A stretch of DNA of 64,000 bases from Synergistales bacterium (GCA_963666205.1 OY762654.1:2112001-2176000), one strand, 5' to 3'; positions 1-10,645 are shown, counted from the stretch's first letter. Program-made: numbers and translations. Notes: a model not told the origin generated them from the letters alone.

Positions 1-1
1 G

Positions 2-718
2 GTTGCCAAAGCACTTAGAGGGACCATCAAAAAGGTCCTCCAGAAAGGGCAGGTGGACGATACCCTGGTGCTGTTCACAAGCAGCGTGTCTTACGTAGCC
101 ATAATGGCTTTCGTGATCATTGCGGCTCTTGGTCAGCTCGGAATTCAGACCACCTCCTTTGTGGCCATACTGGGTGCCGCAGGCCTGGCAGTAGGCCTGG
201 CCCTCCAGGGTTCCCTGGCCAACTTTGCTGCAGGAGTTCTGATGATAATTTTCAAGCCCTTCAAAGTCGGTGATTACATTGAAGGCGGAGGTGTTTCAGG
301 GACAGTCGAGGAGATAGGCATCTTTACAACTGAACTGAAATCACCTGACAACAGGAAGATCATTGTCCCTAACGGAAAAATGACCAGTGATAATATCGTC
401 AATTACACCGCAAGGGATATCCGCAGGGTGGATATGGTCGCTGGGGTAAGCTATAAAGATGACCTGGATAAAGTCAAGAGCATCCTGAAAGAGATCCTTA
501 CATCTGACGAAAGGATATTGCAAGATCCTGCCCCTGTTATTGGATTACTGGAACTGGGTGAGAGCAGTGTTAATTTTGCAGTGCGTCCATGGGTGAAGAC
601 TTCGGATTACTGGGATGTGTTTTTTGCAACCCAGGAAAGCATAAAGAAACGGTTTGATGCCGAAGGGATAAGTATTCCCTTTCCGCAGCAGGATATCCAT
701 ATTCACAAGATGGAGTAG
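2..718 (+). CDS. mscS: Small-conductance mechanosensitive channel, 5' end outside window
   Basis: GLALQGSLANFAAG, PFKVGDYI, IPFPQQDIH motifs; the frame is open from base 2. Confidence 0.93.
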   Translation, partial: VAKALRGTIKKVLQKGQVDDTLVLFTSSVSYVAIMAFVIIAALGQLGIQTTSFVAILGAAGLAVGLALQGSLANFAAGVLMIIFKPFKVGDYIEGGGVSGTVEEIGIFTTELKSPDNRKIIVPNGKMTSDNIVNYTARDIRRVDMVAGVSYKDDLDKVKSILKEILTSDERILQDPAPVIGLLELGESSVNFAVRPWVKTSDYWDVFFATQESIKKRFDAEGISIPFPQQDIHIHKME

Positions 719-1124
719 AACAGAGCGAAACTCAAAGGAAAGCTTCATCCTTTTCCACTGGCAGGGAGGTAGTGGTGTTAAAAAGAGTTTTATCTGTTTT
801 CCTTGAACATGGGGCATTTCTCAGAGTTGCAGAGTTCGAGGATTCTTTTCTGAAGAGGTCATATCCGGGAAAACCGGTGTTGACCTCCTCTTTATGTTGA
901 AGTATGGGCTGATTCAGCGACCCTGATCTCCTGATCCTCCATCGGGGTACTCAGTTTCTGCTCACCTTAATAGCTTATGGCAATGCCTGCAAGCCAGGCT
1001 ATATATCCCAGATAGCAGGCCAGGAAAAAAGAGCCCTCCAGGTGAGATACAGGCTCTTTTGCCTTTGGCTTTTTCAGGGACTATTGGGAGCTGGGTTGGG
1101 ACTTATCCTGCTGCGGTTTGGGTT

Positions 1125-2585
1125 TCATAAAGTTCTTGGGATGTTCGACAGGATAGCATCTTTCAGGACGCTCAACCCGTGTTTCATTTCTTCTTCACTC
1201 ACGTAGGAAAATGACAGCCTGATGGCGTCGCGATTCTTCGGGTCGTACATATAGCCCGGATTGATCAGGACGCCATGACATCGACAATACTCGAAAACGC
1301 TTTTGATGTCTGCCCGGTTTTTCAGCCTCAACCAGATATAGAAGCCGCCCGATGGTTTCATCCATTCGGAGAAGCCGGTAAACCCCTCTTTCAGGATCTC
1401 ATGCATGAGGTCCCTTTTCGCCCTCAAGGTCTGTCTCAGTTTAGAGAGGTTCTCTTCGAACCTACCACTCCGAAGGAGGCTATCGAGGACAAGCTGGGAA
1501 AGAGAGCTGGTGCCGTAGTCGATCTGCATCTTGAGATCGGCCAGTTTTCTGATGACTTCTTCCTGGCCTATGATCCAGCCGACTCGCAGGCCGGCGCAGA
1601 GGGTTTTGGATATGCTTCCGACGTGGATCACGAACTGACTCTCATCGCTTGCTTTCAAAGGCAGGGGCCTTTCTTCGTCATAGTAAAGTTCCCGATAGGT
1701 GTCGTCTTCGATGACCGGGATCCTGAGTTTCCTGTAAGTCTCCATGAGTTCAATACGTTTTCTGTCGCTCAGGCGATGTCCCGTGGGGTTGTTGAAATAG
1801 GGGATGGTGTAGTGGCTCGCCGTGCTGCCCCTTTTATGTATATTGACAAGCCTGGCGATGTCAAGGCCTTCGCCATTGCAGGGAACTCCGCAGAGGTTGA
1901 TCCCGGAAGATTTGAAGAGATTAAGTGAATAGAGATAGGAAGGGGTCTCGCAGGAAACGGATGCGCCTTTCGGGAACAGTCCTACAGAGATCAGGTGGAT
2001 GGCCTGAAGGGCGCCGGATACAATAAGGATCTGTGTGGGTTTGGCTTCCACGCCCAGACGACGGTAATACTGGACGAGAGACTCCCTGAGTTCGATGGTT
2101 CCGTTGGGATGATCGTAGCCCAGGCTGTACCCACCGGCGATCAGGTTTTCCAGAACCCGGTCCGTCGAATTCCTGGGCAGGTAGTCGGGCGAAAGCTCGC
2201 CGGTGCTTAAGCGGATAAGGTTTGAACTGAATTCATGATCATGGATACTGCGCGTGATTTCGCGATTGGGGCTGAGACTGCCCGACCGGATGTATTTGAG
2301 CCAATCCGGCGAAAGGGGTTTGCGGAAAAGAGACCAGGTATTGTTCCTGACATAGGTGCCGCTCTTACCCCGGGTACCCAGGATGCCGTCTGCCGTCAGA
2401 TCTTCCAGAGCTGTTTTCAGTGTGCTTCGGTTGACTCCGAAATACAGGGCTAACTCTCTCTGCGGAGGAAGCTGAAAACCCAAAAACCACTCGCCGCAGG
2501 AGATCTTCCGGATGACGAACTGTTTTATCTGCTCATAAAGAGGCTCATCGAGGTTTTTATCAGGTTTCCAGTCCAGATCGTGCAT
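1125..2585 (-). CDS. MocR/GabR-family regulator (GntR wHTH + PLP aminotransferase domain)
   Basis: N-terminal PLYEQI..LPPQRELA..GVNRST; IEDDTY and GSISKTL..GLRVGW. Confidence 0.92.
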   Translation of the reverse strand: MHDLDWKPDKNLDEPLYEQIKQFVIRKISCGEWFLGFQLPPQRELALYFGVNRSTLKTALEDLTADGILGTRGKSGTYVRNNTWSLFRKPLSPDWLKYIRSGSLSPNREITRSIHDHEFSSNLIRLSTGELSPDYLPRNSTDRVLENLIAGGYSLGYDHPNGTIELRESLVQYYRRLGVEAKPTQILIVSGALQAIHLISVGLFPKGASVSCETPSYLYSLNLFKSSGINLCGVPCNGEGLDIARLVNIHKRGSTASHYTIPYFNNPTGHRLSDRKRIELMETYRKLRIPVIEDDTYRELYYDEERPLPLKASDESQFVIHVGSISKTLCAGLRVGWIIGQEEVIRKLADLKMQIDYGTSSLSQLVLDSLLRSGRFEENLSKLRQTLRAKRDLMHEILKEGFTGFSEWMKPSGGFYIWLRLKNRADIKSVFEYCRCHGVLINPGYMYDPKNRDAIRLSFSYVSEEEMKHGLSVLKDAILSNIPRTL

Positions 2586-2683
2586 TAGTTCACCTGTTTC
2601 TTCCCCGCATGCCTCGCTGCCGGGAAGAATGTCGTCCTGACAGTGAGGCTATGACTCATGGTTATTGAATATTCCTCTGCAGT

Positions 2684-3802
2684 TTACCGGTCAATAAAGT
2701 CACGGATGTTGGCGGAAATGCCCTGCAGCCCGCTCCTCAATTTGTCCATGTCGTTCCAGGCAAAGCCGATGCGCATGTAGTTCTTCCCGAAACCGAACCA
2801 GTGCCCCGGCCCGACGTAGGTGCCGTACTTGCTCAGTAATCGTTCATAGAAGACATCATAGTCGATCTCGAGGCCGGCATCAATTCGGACGAAGCAGGTG
2901 CTCCCACCGTCCGGTTCAACCCAGTCGAGATGGGGGTCTTCCGAGATCCACTTTCGAACGATCTCCTTGCCTTCGAGAATTTCCGGCAGCACCTCGGCGA
3001 GCCATACCTCTTTCTGCAGGAGCGTCTCGTAAGCTACGGTTTCGTCCAGGATGCTGCCGTGGATGCTCATCTGCTCCTTGGCACAGAGGAACGATTCCAT
3101 CAGTTCCCTGTCCTGGCAGTGGATCCAGCCAATGCGGATCCCCGGGACGCCGTAAGTCTTCGACATGGACGAAATGCTGACCACATGGCTGCCCAGGGTG
3201 GCCGCCACAGGCAGGAGATTTTCATGAGCCATCTCCCGGTAGGTTTCGTCCACGAGCAGGCGGCAGCGTTTCTCTTCTGTGATCCGGACCACGGCTTTGA
3301 GCTCCTCCAGTGTGAGCATACTCCCGTCGGGATTGTTAGGACAGGTGAGGCTTACGTACTTTGTTCGGGGTGTGACCACTGCTTTCAGGTAATCCGGGTC
3401 AAAGCGGAATCGCCTGTCGTACTCCAGTTCGACGAAGGAAACGTCACAGCCGATGGCCTCGGGTGTTTCGATATTCGTGCAGTAGTTGGGCCTGGTAATG
3501 ACGACATGGTCATCCTTTTCCAGAAGTGTGATGGCCATGATGAACAGCGCGGCCGATGCACCAGCCGTTATCATTATGTGGTCCCTTTCGACGTTCGGAC
3601 CGCTCTGAGAGGCGATGAGCTCTCTCAGTTCCGGCAATCCAAAGTGATCCTGAGCGTAGGGAAGGTCCAGGCCTTTGAGTTCGATGCCCAGATCCTTCAG
3701 GGAGCGATCCCGAACGGAGCTCTCGGCAAGGTTGTACCGTATCCTGTCATAGCCGATGACTTCAGCGCCCTCGGCTTCAATTGCGCTTCTGTAGAATTTC
3801 AT
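2684..3802 (-). CDS. PLP-dependent class I/II aminotransferase
   Basis: PNNPDG, VDETY, SSMSKTYGVPGIRIGW. Confidence 0.9.
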   Translation of the reverse strand: MKFYRSAIEAEGAEVIGYDRIRYNLAESSVRDRSLKDLGIELKGLDLPYAQDHFGLPELRELIASQSGPNVERDHIMITAGASAALFIMAITLLEKDDHVVITRPNYCTNIETPEAIGCDVSFVELEYDRRFRFDPDYLKAVVTPRTKYVSLTCPNNPDGSMLTLEELKAVVRITEEKRCRLLVDETYREMAHENLLPVAATLGSHVVSISSMSKTYGVPGIRIGWIHCQDRELMESFLCAKEQMSIHGSILDETVAYETLLQKEVWLAEVLPEILEGKEIVRKWISEDPHLDWVEPDGGSTCFVRIDAGLEIDYDVFYERLLSKYGTYVGPGHWFGFGKNYMRIGFAWNDMDKLRSGLQGISANIRDFIDR

Positions 3803-3811
3803 GGTGTCCTC

Positions 3812-5044
3812 CTAAACCATTTCTCTGACTGCACTCAAGAGGCGATCGACCTCTTCCATGGTGTTGTACATGGAGATCCCCATCCTGACAACACCGCCGC
3901 AGTCCACCGTATCCAGGACCTCGATCGCTCTTTCGGCAGCGAAATCTCCGTCCCAGACCAAGATCCCTTTTTCAGCCAACTGTTGCGCCACCAGATCTGA
4001 GCTCATCCCTTTAACGACGAAGGAGACGGTTGGCGCACGGTTAGGACAGTCGAAGGATTGCCCGAAGAGGGTCACATGATCCATTGAGCTGAGCTGACTG
4101 TAGGCGTGTCGGGCCAGTTTCCGTTCGTAAATTTCTATTTTTTCCATTGCATTGACCAGCTGTTCTCTTAAGCCTGTTCCCGAACCGAAAGAAGCGATGT
4201 AATCAATGGCTGCTATAGTACCGTTGAGTCCTTCATGGTTAAGGGTCCCCGATTCGATCCGGTATGGAGAAGAGTTGTCCTGCGAATGTATCTTCTCAAC
4301 CGGTAACCGGGTAAGCAGCCCTGGTCTCGTGTAGAGAACCCCCACATGGGGGCCGTAAAACTTATAGGCTGAGCAGAGCAGGAAGTCGCAGTCGATCTCC
4401 TGGACGTCAATCGAGAAATGAGGTGCGTAGTGTACGGCGTCCACCAGCAAATAGGCGCCCACTTCCCTGCTTGCCCTGCGGGTCTCGGCGATTTCGTTCA
4501 CTGTTCCGATGGCGTTGGAAGAGTAACCCAGGGCCACCAGTCTTGTTCGATCTGTTACGCGCCTTCGGAAGCCCTCCATGTCCAGCGTGCCGTCCTGCTT
4601 CAACGGAATGGACCTGACGATAACTCCCTCTTTCTGGAGGTTCAGCCAGGGACCGCGGTTCGCTTCATGATCAAGCTCGGTGATGACGATCTCGTCGCCT
4701 GGTGAGAGCAGGTTTCGAAATGCCCGGCTTAGAGCCAGGTTGAGCGATGTCATGTTGGGCCCCAGGGAAATGCAATCCCATGATGGGGCTCCCAGGAAGG
4801 TGGCCAGATATTCCCTGCATCGCTGGATGATGGCGTCCGATTCCCTGGATACGAGGAAATTGCCGTGGATGTTGCTGTTGTAGTTTCTCAGGTAATCGAC
4901 GACGCTGTCTATCACGGCTTGTGGAGGCTGTGTTCCTCCTGGTCCGTCGAGAAAGGCAAGGGGCATGCCTCTGTGTTCTCGACGCAGCGCGGGAAAGTCT
5001 TCCCGGCAGAACTCGATCTTTCTCATAAACCCACCTCTTTTCAT
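3812..5044 (-). CDS. Class V PLP enzyme, cysteine desulfurase-like
   Basis: FLDGPGGTQ, LDHEAN, VDAVHYAPH, CSAYKFYGPH. Confidence 0.88.
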   Translation of the reverse strand: MKRGGFMRKIEFCREDFPALRREHRGMPLAFLDGPGGTQPPQAVIDSVVDYLRNYNSNIHGNFLVSRESDAIIQRCREYLATFLGAPSWDCISLGPNMTSLNLALSRAFRNLLSPGDEIVITELDHEANRGPWLNLQKEGVIVRSIPLKQDGTLDMEGFRRRVTDRTRLVALGYSSNAIGTVNEIAETRRASREVGAYLLVDAVHYAPHFSIDVQEIDCDFLLCSAYKFYGPHVGVLYTRPGLLTRLPVEKIHSQDNSSPYRIESGTLNHEGLNGTIAAIDYIASFGSGTGLREQLVNAMEKIEIYERKLARHAYSQLSSMDHVTLFGQSFDCPNRAPTVSFVVKGMSSDLVAQQLAEKGILVWDGDFAAERAIEVLDTVDCGGVVRMGISMYNTMEEVDRLLSAVREMV

Positions 5045-5471
5045 CTTGAAGCACTCAACCGACTTGTGTCTGACAGGATCGATTTACTTACCACCCATAA
5101 ATATCCCTGGCGTATCCTTGTCCAAGCTGCCCGGGGAGACTGAATAGAGCGGTTGATCAGGGTTTTCATCCTTATTTATGCCCAAGCCGGAAGTTCTGTT
5201 TTTCCAATTTTATCTCAAGAAGTGTGGCTTGTATCCACCCATAACTTTCGCTAGTAACCCACCCAGAAAAAGTGTTTTTGAGAGATCCTTCCATGTTGTT
5301 TCAGTCTTGCCAGATCTACCCGAACCCGTTCATTCTTTCCTGGTCTGATCCTTATCCTGCCTCTACAAACCTTAATGAACGAGGTTTGACATAAACACAT
5401 TTGTAGTTCAAAAAGATGAATGTTCATCTTTCTGTTTTACGAGAATTAACTATTCTTTTCTCTGTATTCAT

Positions 5472-5512
5472 CCACAAAAACCCACCCTCAATCTCAGGGT
5501 GGGTTTTTGTGG
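5472..5512. terminator. Inverted repeat, probable intrinsic terminator
   Basis: CCACAAAAACCCACCCT / AGGGTGGGTTTTTGTGG downstream of the antiporter gene. Confidence 0.7.
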
Positions 5513-5538
5513 CAAAGCTATTTCAGGTTTTCAGAACA

Positions 5539-6510
5539 CTATGGATGAAGTACAGATTTGGCAAGGAAAAAGATATATCCCATGTAACAGGCCAGGAAAA
5601 GGGCACCTTCAAAACGGTTGATCCGACCGGGTCCCCTGAAACCGTAGCCGATGATGAAAAGCGATATGGTAAGGGCTGCCATGAAGAACATATCCCTGTA
5701 GAATACTTCCGGCCCGAAGCCTATATGGTTAATAGTACCGGCAATTCCCACCACTGCAAGTGTATTGAACAGGTTGGATCCCAGCACGTTGCCCAGGGCG
5801 ATTTCGTGTTCTCCTTTTCGAACAGCCGTAATGGAAGAGGCAAGTTCCGGCAGTGATGTGCCTAAAGCCACAATGGTCAGGCCTATTACCAGGTCACTGA
5901 TCCCGAAACCCCGGGCTATCTGGACTGCTCCCCATACCAGTATCCTTGAACTGACAACAAGTAAAACCAGGCCTGCCACAAGAGAGAAAAGTGCCCTTCG
6001 GACAGGCATGGGATGTGCCAGGAGTTCCTTTTCAGTTTCAGTACCCAGGGCATCAGGTGATCTCTGCATTCCCTCCCAGATACTCCAGGCCATGATAACT
6101 CCGAAGACCGTTAGGAGTTCTACCGCTTCTAAACGGGTGATCTTTCCATCCCACGCCTGAAGGGCTGCCATTACTGTGACTGCAGTAAGGATGGGCAGTT
6201 CCTTGCGAAGAACCCGAGAATGGACTGCCACGGGGCTGATGATCGCAGTCAGGCCAAGAATGAGGGCTATGTTGGCAATGTTCGAGCCATAGGCATTACC
6301 CAGGGCAATGCCCGTGTTTCCCTGCAGGGCAGCCACAGTGGATACCACCATTTCAGGTGCTGATGTACCGAAACCGACAATGACCATCCCGATCAGGAGG
6401 GAGGGGATCCCGAAATGCCTTGCCAGGGAGGCGGAACCCTCTACAAAATGGTCGGCGCTCCAGAAAAGCAGGGTCAAACCGATGACTACAGCAAGAAAGG
6501 CAAGGATCAT
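5539..6510 (-). CDS. Calcium/sodium antiporter (CaCA, YrbG-like)
   Basis: Two alpha repeats GFGTSAPE / ALGTSLPE with GNAYGSN / GNVLGSN. Confidence 0.92.
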   Translation of the reverse strand: MILAFLAVVIGLTLLFWSADHFVEGSASLARHFGIPSLLIGMVIVGFGTSAPEMVVSTVAALQGNTGIALGNAYGSNIANIALILGLTAIISPVAVHSRVLRKELPILTAVTVMAALQAWDGKITRLEAVELLTVFGVIMAWSIWEGMQRSPDALGTETEKELLAHPMPVRRALFSLVAGLVLLVVSSRILVWGAVQIARGFGISDLVIGLTIVALGTSLPELASSITAVRKGEHEIALGNVLGSNLFNTLAVVGIAGTINHIGFGPEVFYRDMFFMAALTISLFIIGYGFRGPGRINRFEGALFLACYMGYIFFLAKSVLHP

Positions 6511-6547
6511 GTCCTGGAAAACCTCATCATGTATCCCTTAAGATAGC

Positions 6548-7198
6548 TCAATTCTTCCTGGCCAGCCTTTGGCCAAGTCTGAAACTCTTTTCCAGGTCCT
6601 GTGGGAAGACCTCTCTGTGTCGTGCCAGCTTTTCTTCCGTATCGAACATATCCGACACATAGAGGGAATAGTCATCAAACTGCAGGGTATTGAAAGAGAA
6701 AAGGGATTCGCAGTTTCCGAAAAACCATGACATCAGGCTTTCATTCTTACCGGTCCATTTGTCATAAGCCCGTTCTTTAAAAGACTCTTCCTTTGCGTTC
6801 ATGGTGTAGATGAAGGCTGTCTTTAATTTGCCGGGGAAAATGCTCCTGTAGTCCTTTGAATATGCAAGGTAGGGAAAGAAGAGCCTTTCCAGGAAGGATC
6901 TCATCTCCCCGGTTACGTCACCGAAATAGACAGGAGAGCCGAGTACCAGGGCATGGATTGTATCGACTTTTTCAAGAATGGGCGTCAGGTCATCCTTCAG
7001 GGCACATTTCCCGTAACTTGGGCCGTTTTTCAGTTTGCAGGCAAAACAGCTGGTACATCCCTTGAAATCGAGGTCGTAAAGATTGACCATTTCAGTATCT
7101 GCTCCCAGGGATGCGGCACCTTCCAGGGTTTTCCCAAGCAAGGCGGCAGTGTTGCCGTTCTTTCTGGGACTTCCGTTAATTGCCATGATCTTCATGAG
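6548..7198 (-). CDS. Flavodoxin-family (iron-sulfur flavoprotein-like) protein
   Basis: MKIMAINGSPRKNGNT, CTSCFAC..C, GSPVYFG. Confidence 0.85.
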   Translation of the reverse strand, partial: LMKIMAINGSPRKNGNTAALLGKTLEGAASLGADTEMVNLYDLDFKGCTSCFACKLKNGPSYGKCALKDDLTPILEKVDTIHALVLGSPVYFGDVTGEMRSFLERLFFPYLAYSKDYRSIFPGKLKTAFIYTMNAKEESFKERAYDKWTGKNESLMSWFFGNCESLFSFNTLQFDDYSLYVSDMFDTEEKLARHREVFPQDLEKSFRLGQRLARKN

Positions 7199-7390
7199 GG
7201 TCACCTGCCTTTCATTACAGGATATTTTCTCATATCCAAAACTGGAGGTCGAACTTTGAGATTGTGTTAAGGAAAGGTCGTCTGGGGAGTAAGATAAGGT
7301 AGACTATAGTGGAGTTAAGTTTTATTACAACCTTTAAACGCGGGCATTCTCTAAATAACCGTTTTCTGAAACTGATACAGGAGGGAAACC

Positions 7391-7444
7391 ATGGCTGAAT
7401 TTAACTTCGATATTATCAAACACTTTGGAACCTTATCCGAATAA
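7391..7444 (+). pseudogene. 5' stub of a YdbC/PC4-like ssDNA-binding protein gene
   Basis: RBS AGGAGG, then ATG; MAEFNFDIIKHFGTLSE* resembles YdbC N-termini; ends at the repeat at 7446. Confidence 0.6.
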
Positions 7445-7479
7445 TGGGGTCAAGCCTTGCATGCACGGTTTTGTAGTGC
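7443..7479 (+). repeat. GGGGTCA junction site, subtype 1
   Basis: AATGGGGTCAAGCCTTGCATGCACGGTTTTGTAGTGC; near-identical to copies at 31106 and 36338. Confidence 0.9.
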
Positions 7480-7571
7480 TATCCAGTGTGTGGGTCATGT
7501 TTAGAAAAGGAGATATCTACATTCTTCTGGTGGAAAATCGTTCTTATTCGGATACCTGGATCTTAAGATCC

Positions 7572-8060
7572 TTATTTCCTTTCATACATTTTTTTGATGA
7601 TCTTTTTTCCTGAAGCTGTTTTGAAGTATTTGTCTGCAAAATCCATGGCAGTATTTTTATCCAAATCCTTTTCTGGTGCATTGACGAGGAAGTCCGCTTC
7701 CACAAGTACTTGGAAATCAATGCCATCAATATACTCAAAACTGTGATGATGGCCGATGATGAAACACACTCTTTCTATTATGTCTTCATTTATCTGCAGT
7801 TTCTCCAGAATACCCCTGGCTACAGGAGGACCTTCGGTTTCCTGGCATTTCCAGGCGGAGGTTTTGAACTTGCGTTCGCATTCCTTTATACCTATGTCGT
7901 GGAGTATTGCTGTAATGGCGATTATTTTCCGGGTTTCGGGATCGAGGGACTCCAGTTCGGATATGGCACTGGCGTAACCGTACACCTTAACTGCATGATC
8001 TATTCTCTTTTTGTCATTCCCGAATGTTGCGATCATTTCTGCTATGGGCAATGGAGACAT
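7572..8060 (-). CDS. HD-domain phosphohydrolase, copy 1
   Basis: IDH..V, LHDIG, GHHH, EADF; RBS AAGGAGG before ATG 8060; ~80% aa identity to 23508..23996 by manual count. Confidence 0.85.
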   Translation of the reverse strand: MSPLPIAEMIATFGNDKKRIDHAVKVYGYASAISELESLDPETRKIIAITAILHDIGIKECERKFKTSAWKCQETEGPPVARGILEKLQINEDIIERVCFIIGHHHSFEYIDGIDFQVLVEADFLVNAPEKDLDKNTAMDFADKYFKTASGKKIIKKMYERK

Positions 8061-8161
8061 ATGTGCTCCCTCCTTAGTAAATCGATTCTGATCTATTCTA
8101 TTTGTTACATAATTGAGTTGAATATATCCCAGTGTAATAAGAAAGACAAACCCCCATCTAT

Positions 8162-8193
8162 AAAATAGGGTCAGGTCTTGAATTGCCACATCT
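8162..8193 (+). repeat. GGGTCA junction site, subtype 2
   Basis: AAAATAGGGTCAGGTCTTGAATTGCCACATCT, matching AGGGTCAGGTCTTAACTTGCCATATTT at 15323. Confidence 0.75.
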
Positions 8194-8720
8194 TTATCAT
8201 TTGGGATGTTACGATTCTGAGGCACAATGTTCTCATAACAGAAAGCATTTGAATTCTGGGTGATATCACTCATAGTAAAAAGTGGATAGTAGATTAAGAC
8301 TGAAAAATGTATTTTCCCAAGGAGATTCCTTTCAAAAATCCTAGAGTTTCACGGGAAAAAGTTGTGGTGTCTGAATTTGCTTTTTATGAGAGCTATCTCA
8401 TTCTGGATGATCTGGACAGGTGCTATAATTAAAATCAGTTAAATTTCATTTTATTTTTTCTTTACCTATATACTTTCTTCTATTTTCAGGTCTTTGCATA
8501 AATACAAATTATTCAGCCCTTTTGATAAGACAAAAGAGAGGTGATGCGATCTGGTAAACCCTTTTTACGTCTTGCTGTGCATACTGGTTGAATAACTGGG
8601 ATATTCGTGGTTCAAGAGCATTTCATGTCTCATTTATTCCTAATATCTTTACCCCCAAACATAACATAGATACACCAGACTTCGAAGAATATTTCACAAC
8701 CTATCATTCTTCTTAAGGGA

Positions 8721-10442
8721 GTGGTTAGAGTGAAAAAGACATTTCTTGTTCTTTTTACTGTTCTGGTTCTGTTGATCTTTTCAGGTTCCTGTTATGCATA
8801 TGAATTTGAGGTTGCAACATCAGATGATTTACGGTTTGCTCTTGATATTGCTGATGATAACGGTGAAAGTGACACTATTACATTATTGCCAGGGACGTAC
8901 GAGACAGGAGGTACTTATTTTTTCTATTCAGCAATTGTACCTCCGGGAGCTACAGGTGACCTGACAATTATCGGATCAGGCGATGTTGTACTGGATGGAG
9001 GAAGCTCAAGTCAAGTATTAAATATAGCTTCAAATTATTCAACAGTTATTACTCTCAGGAACCTGACTGTCCAAAAAGGAGTTGCTCTTGAAGGGGCTGG
9101 AGCAAACATTGATATCGAAACAGGAACGATCAATGTGGTTAACTGCTCTTTCAAAGATAATTCCGCAATCGAATATGACGCGGGAGGACTGTATGCCAAC
9201 ATAGATAATGGAGGCAATATCCAGGTTACAAGCTGTGATTTTTCCGGGAATACGGCAAACGAGACAGATGCAGATGGAGGAGGCTTATACGCCAGAGTTA
9301 ATAGCGGAGATATAACTGTTATCGCCAGTTCCTTTAATGGGAACGAAGGTGCACGATATGGTGGAGCTGCCCATCTTTATTTAACAAACGGGAACCTAGC
9401 CCTTTCAGACTGCACCTTTACGAATAATACAGGCAGTGCTTCTGACTGTTATGGAGGCGGCGCATATATAGAAACAGACGAGGTCAACTGTGTGGTCACC
9501 GGAAATACATTTTCAGGCAATATCTCCCCTTACACTGCAGGTGGTATATCTCTTTACAGTTATAATGGCGGCGCATATTTTGCATCCAATAACCTGGAAG
9601 TTAATAGTGCGGACTATGGCGGTGGAGCGTTTATTTACTGTGAGGGGAACCTGACAGTGGAGAACAACATATTCACCGACAACATGGGTGCAGAATATGG
9701 TGGCGGAATAGCATTTGAGACAGGTGGCTGGCTGGAGGATGCCCATCACGTGATCTTCAGGAACAATCTGGTAGCAGACAATACTACTGACTATAAGGGA
9801 GGAGGAGTACATTTCATTTCACGTTATGTTGCAAGTGCAGATATAATCAACAATACCATTACCGGCAATACCTGCACTGGTGATGCCACTTGGTCATACG
9901 GCGGAGGTCTATATATCGAATGTGCCTATTCTGAAACAGACTTTTCTATATACAACAACATTCTATGGGGCAACACCAGTTACAGTGTTAATAGGACTAC
10001 CATCGGACCTGATGACCTTTTTCTCTATGACGACGTGTATATGAATTATTTCTACGTATATAACAATCTTCTCTCTGTTATCCAGAAGGATTTCAACGAC
10101 GGAGGCAGCGTCTTCTCAAGCGGATCTAATTATAATACCCTTGATCCTCTCTTTGTCTCCGAAACAGATTATCACCTTCAGGAAGGTTCTATTGCCATAG
10201 ACCGGGGAGATAACCTGGCACCAAGCCTTCCTTTAACCGACCTGGACGGAAATGACAGGATCTACGGAGGTACCGTGGACATGGGAGCCTATGAGTACGA
10301 TTCGATCCCAACGGGAGACGACGAAGATGATGACGATGAAGATGGCAATGGAGGCGGTGGTGGAAATTGTAATATCGGTTCCTTCATTCCTTCGATGTTA
10401 CTGCTGATCGCTCCTCTGCTTCTTCTTGTAAGGAAAAGATAA
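8721..10442 (+). CDS. Secreted right-handed beta-helix repeat surface protein with Synergist-CTERM
   Basis: Signal peptide; repeated FxxNxA..GGGLY; DYHL..GSIAIDRG..DLDGN..VDMGAYE; GGGGGNCNIG-TM-RKR terminus. Confidence 0.85.
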   Translation: MVRVKKTFLVLFTVLVLLIFSGSCYAYEFEVATSDDLRFALDIADDNGESDTITLLPGTYETGGTYFFYSAIVPPGATGDLTIIGSGDVVLDGGSSSQVLNIASNYSTVITLRNLTVQKGVALEGAGANIDIETGTINVVNCSFKDNSAIEYDAGGLYANIDNGGNIQVTSCDFSGNTANETDADGGGLYARVNSGDITVIASSFNGNEGARYGGAAHLYLTNGNLALSDCTFTNNTGSASDCYGGGAYIETDEVNCVVTGNTFSGNISPYTAGGISLYSYNGGAYFASNNLEVNSADYGGGAFIYCEGNLTVENNIFTDNMGAEYGGGIAFETGGWLEDAHHVIFRNNLVADNTTDYKGGGVHFISRYVASADIINNTITGNTCTGDATWSYGGGLYIECAYSETDFSIYNNILWGNTSYSVNRTTIGPDDLFLYDDVYMNYFYVYNNLLSVIQKDFNDGGSVFSSGSNYNTLDPLFVSETDYHLQEGSIAIDRGDNLAPSLPLTDLDGNDRIYGGTVDMGAYEYDSIPTGDDEDDDDEDGNGGGGGNCNIGSFIPSMLLLIAPLLLLVRKR

Positions 10443-10465
10443 ACTAACTTAAGAAACAAGTATTG

Positions 10466-10494
10466 AAGGGTCCTTTCACCAGGACCCTTTTTTT
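10466..10494 (+). terminator. Intrinsic terminator
   Basis: AAGGGTCCT / AGGACCCTT followed by a T-run. Confidence 0.75.
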
Positions 10495-10584
10495 ATTCTG
10501 GCAGGGATCTGTATTGGCTCAGGAGGTTTGGAGATTTTATCCAGGTTCTGTCAAAAGATCACTGTAAAAAACACTAAGGCCCAG

Positions 10585-10645
10585 AAAATCGGGGTCAGGC
10601 CTTGCGCGTGCGGTTTTGCACAACAAAATGATTCCTCTACATTTC
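10585..10645 (+). repeat. GGGGTCA junction site, subtype 1 variant
   Basis: AAAATCGGGGTCAGGCCTTGCGCGTGCGGTTTTGCACAACAA..TTCCTCTACATTT. Confidence 0.8.

Noticed and set aside
2930-4000. 356-aa plus-strand ORF
   Set aside because: Antisense shadow of the aminotransferase, with no motifs.
8061-8273. 71-aa N-terminal extension of the HD ORF
   Set aside because: It reads through the repeat (IQDLTL); the RBS and the paralog support a start at 8060.
8357-8385. TGTGGTGTCTGAATTT as a further junction site
   Set aside because: Too divergent from the core to support.
10315-10365. GAY/GGN low-complexity repeat
   Set aside because: It encodes the Asp/Gly linker before the CTERM anchor.
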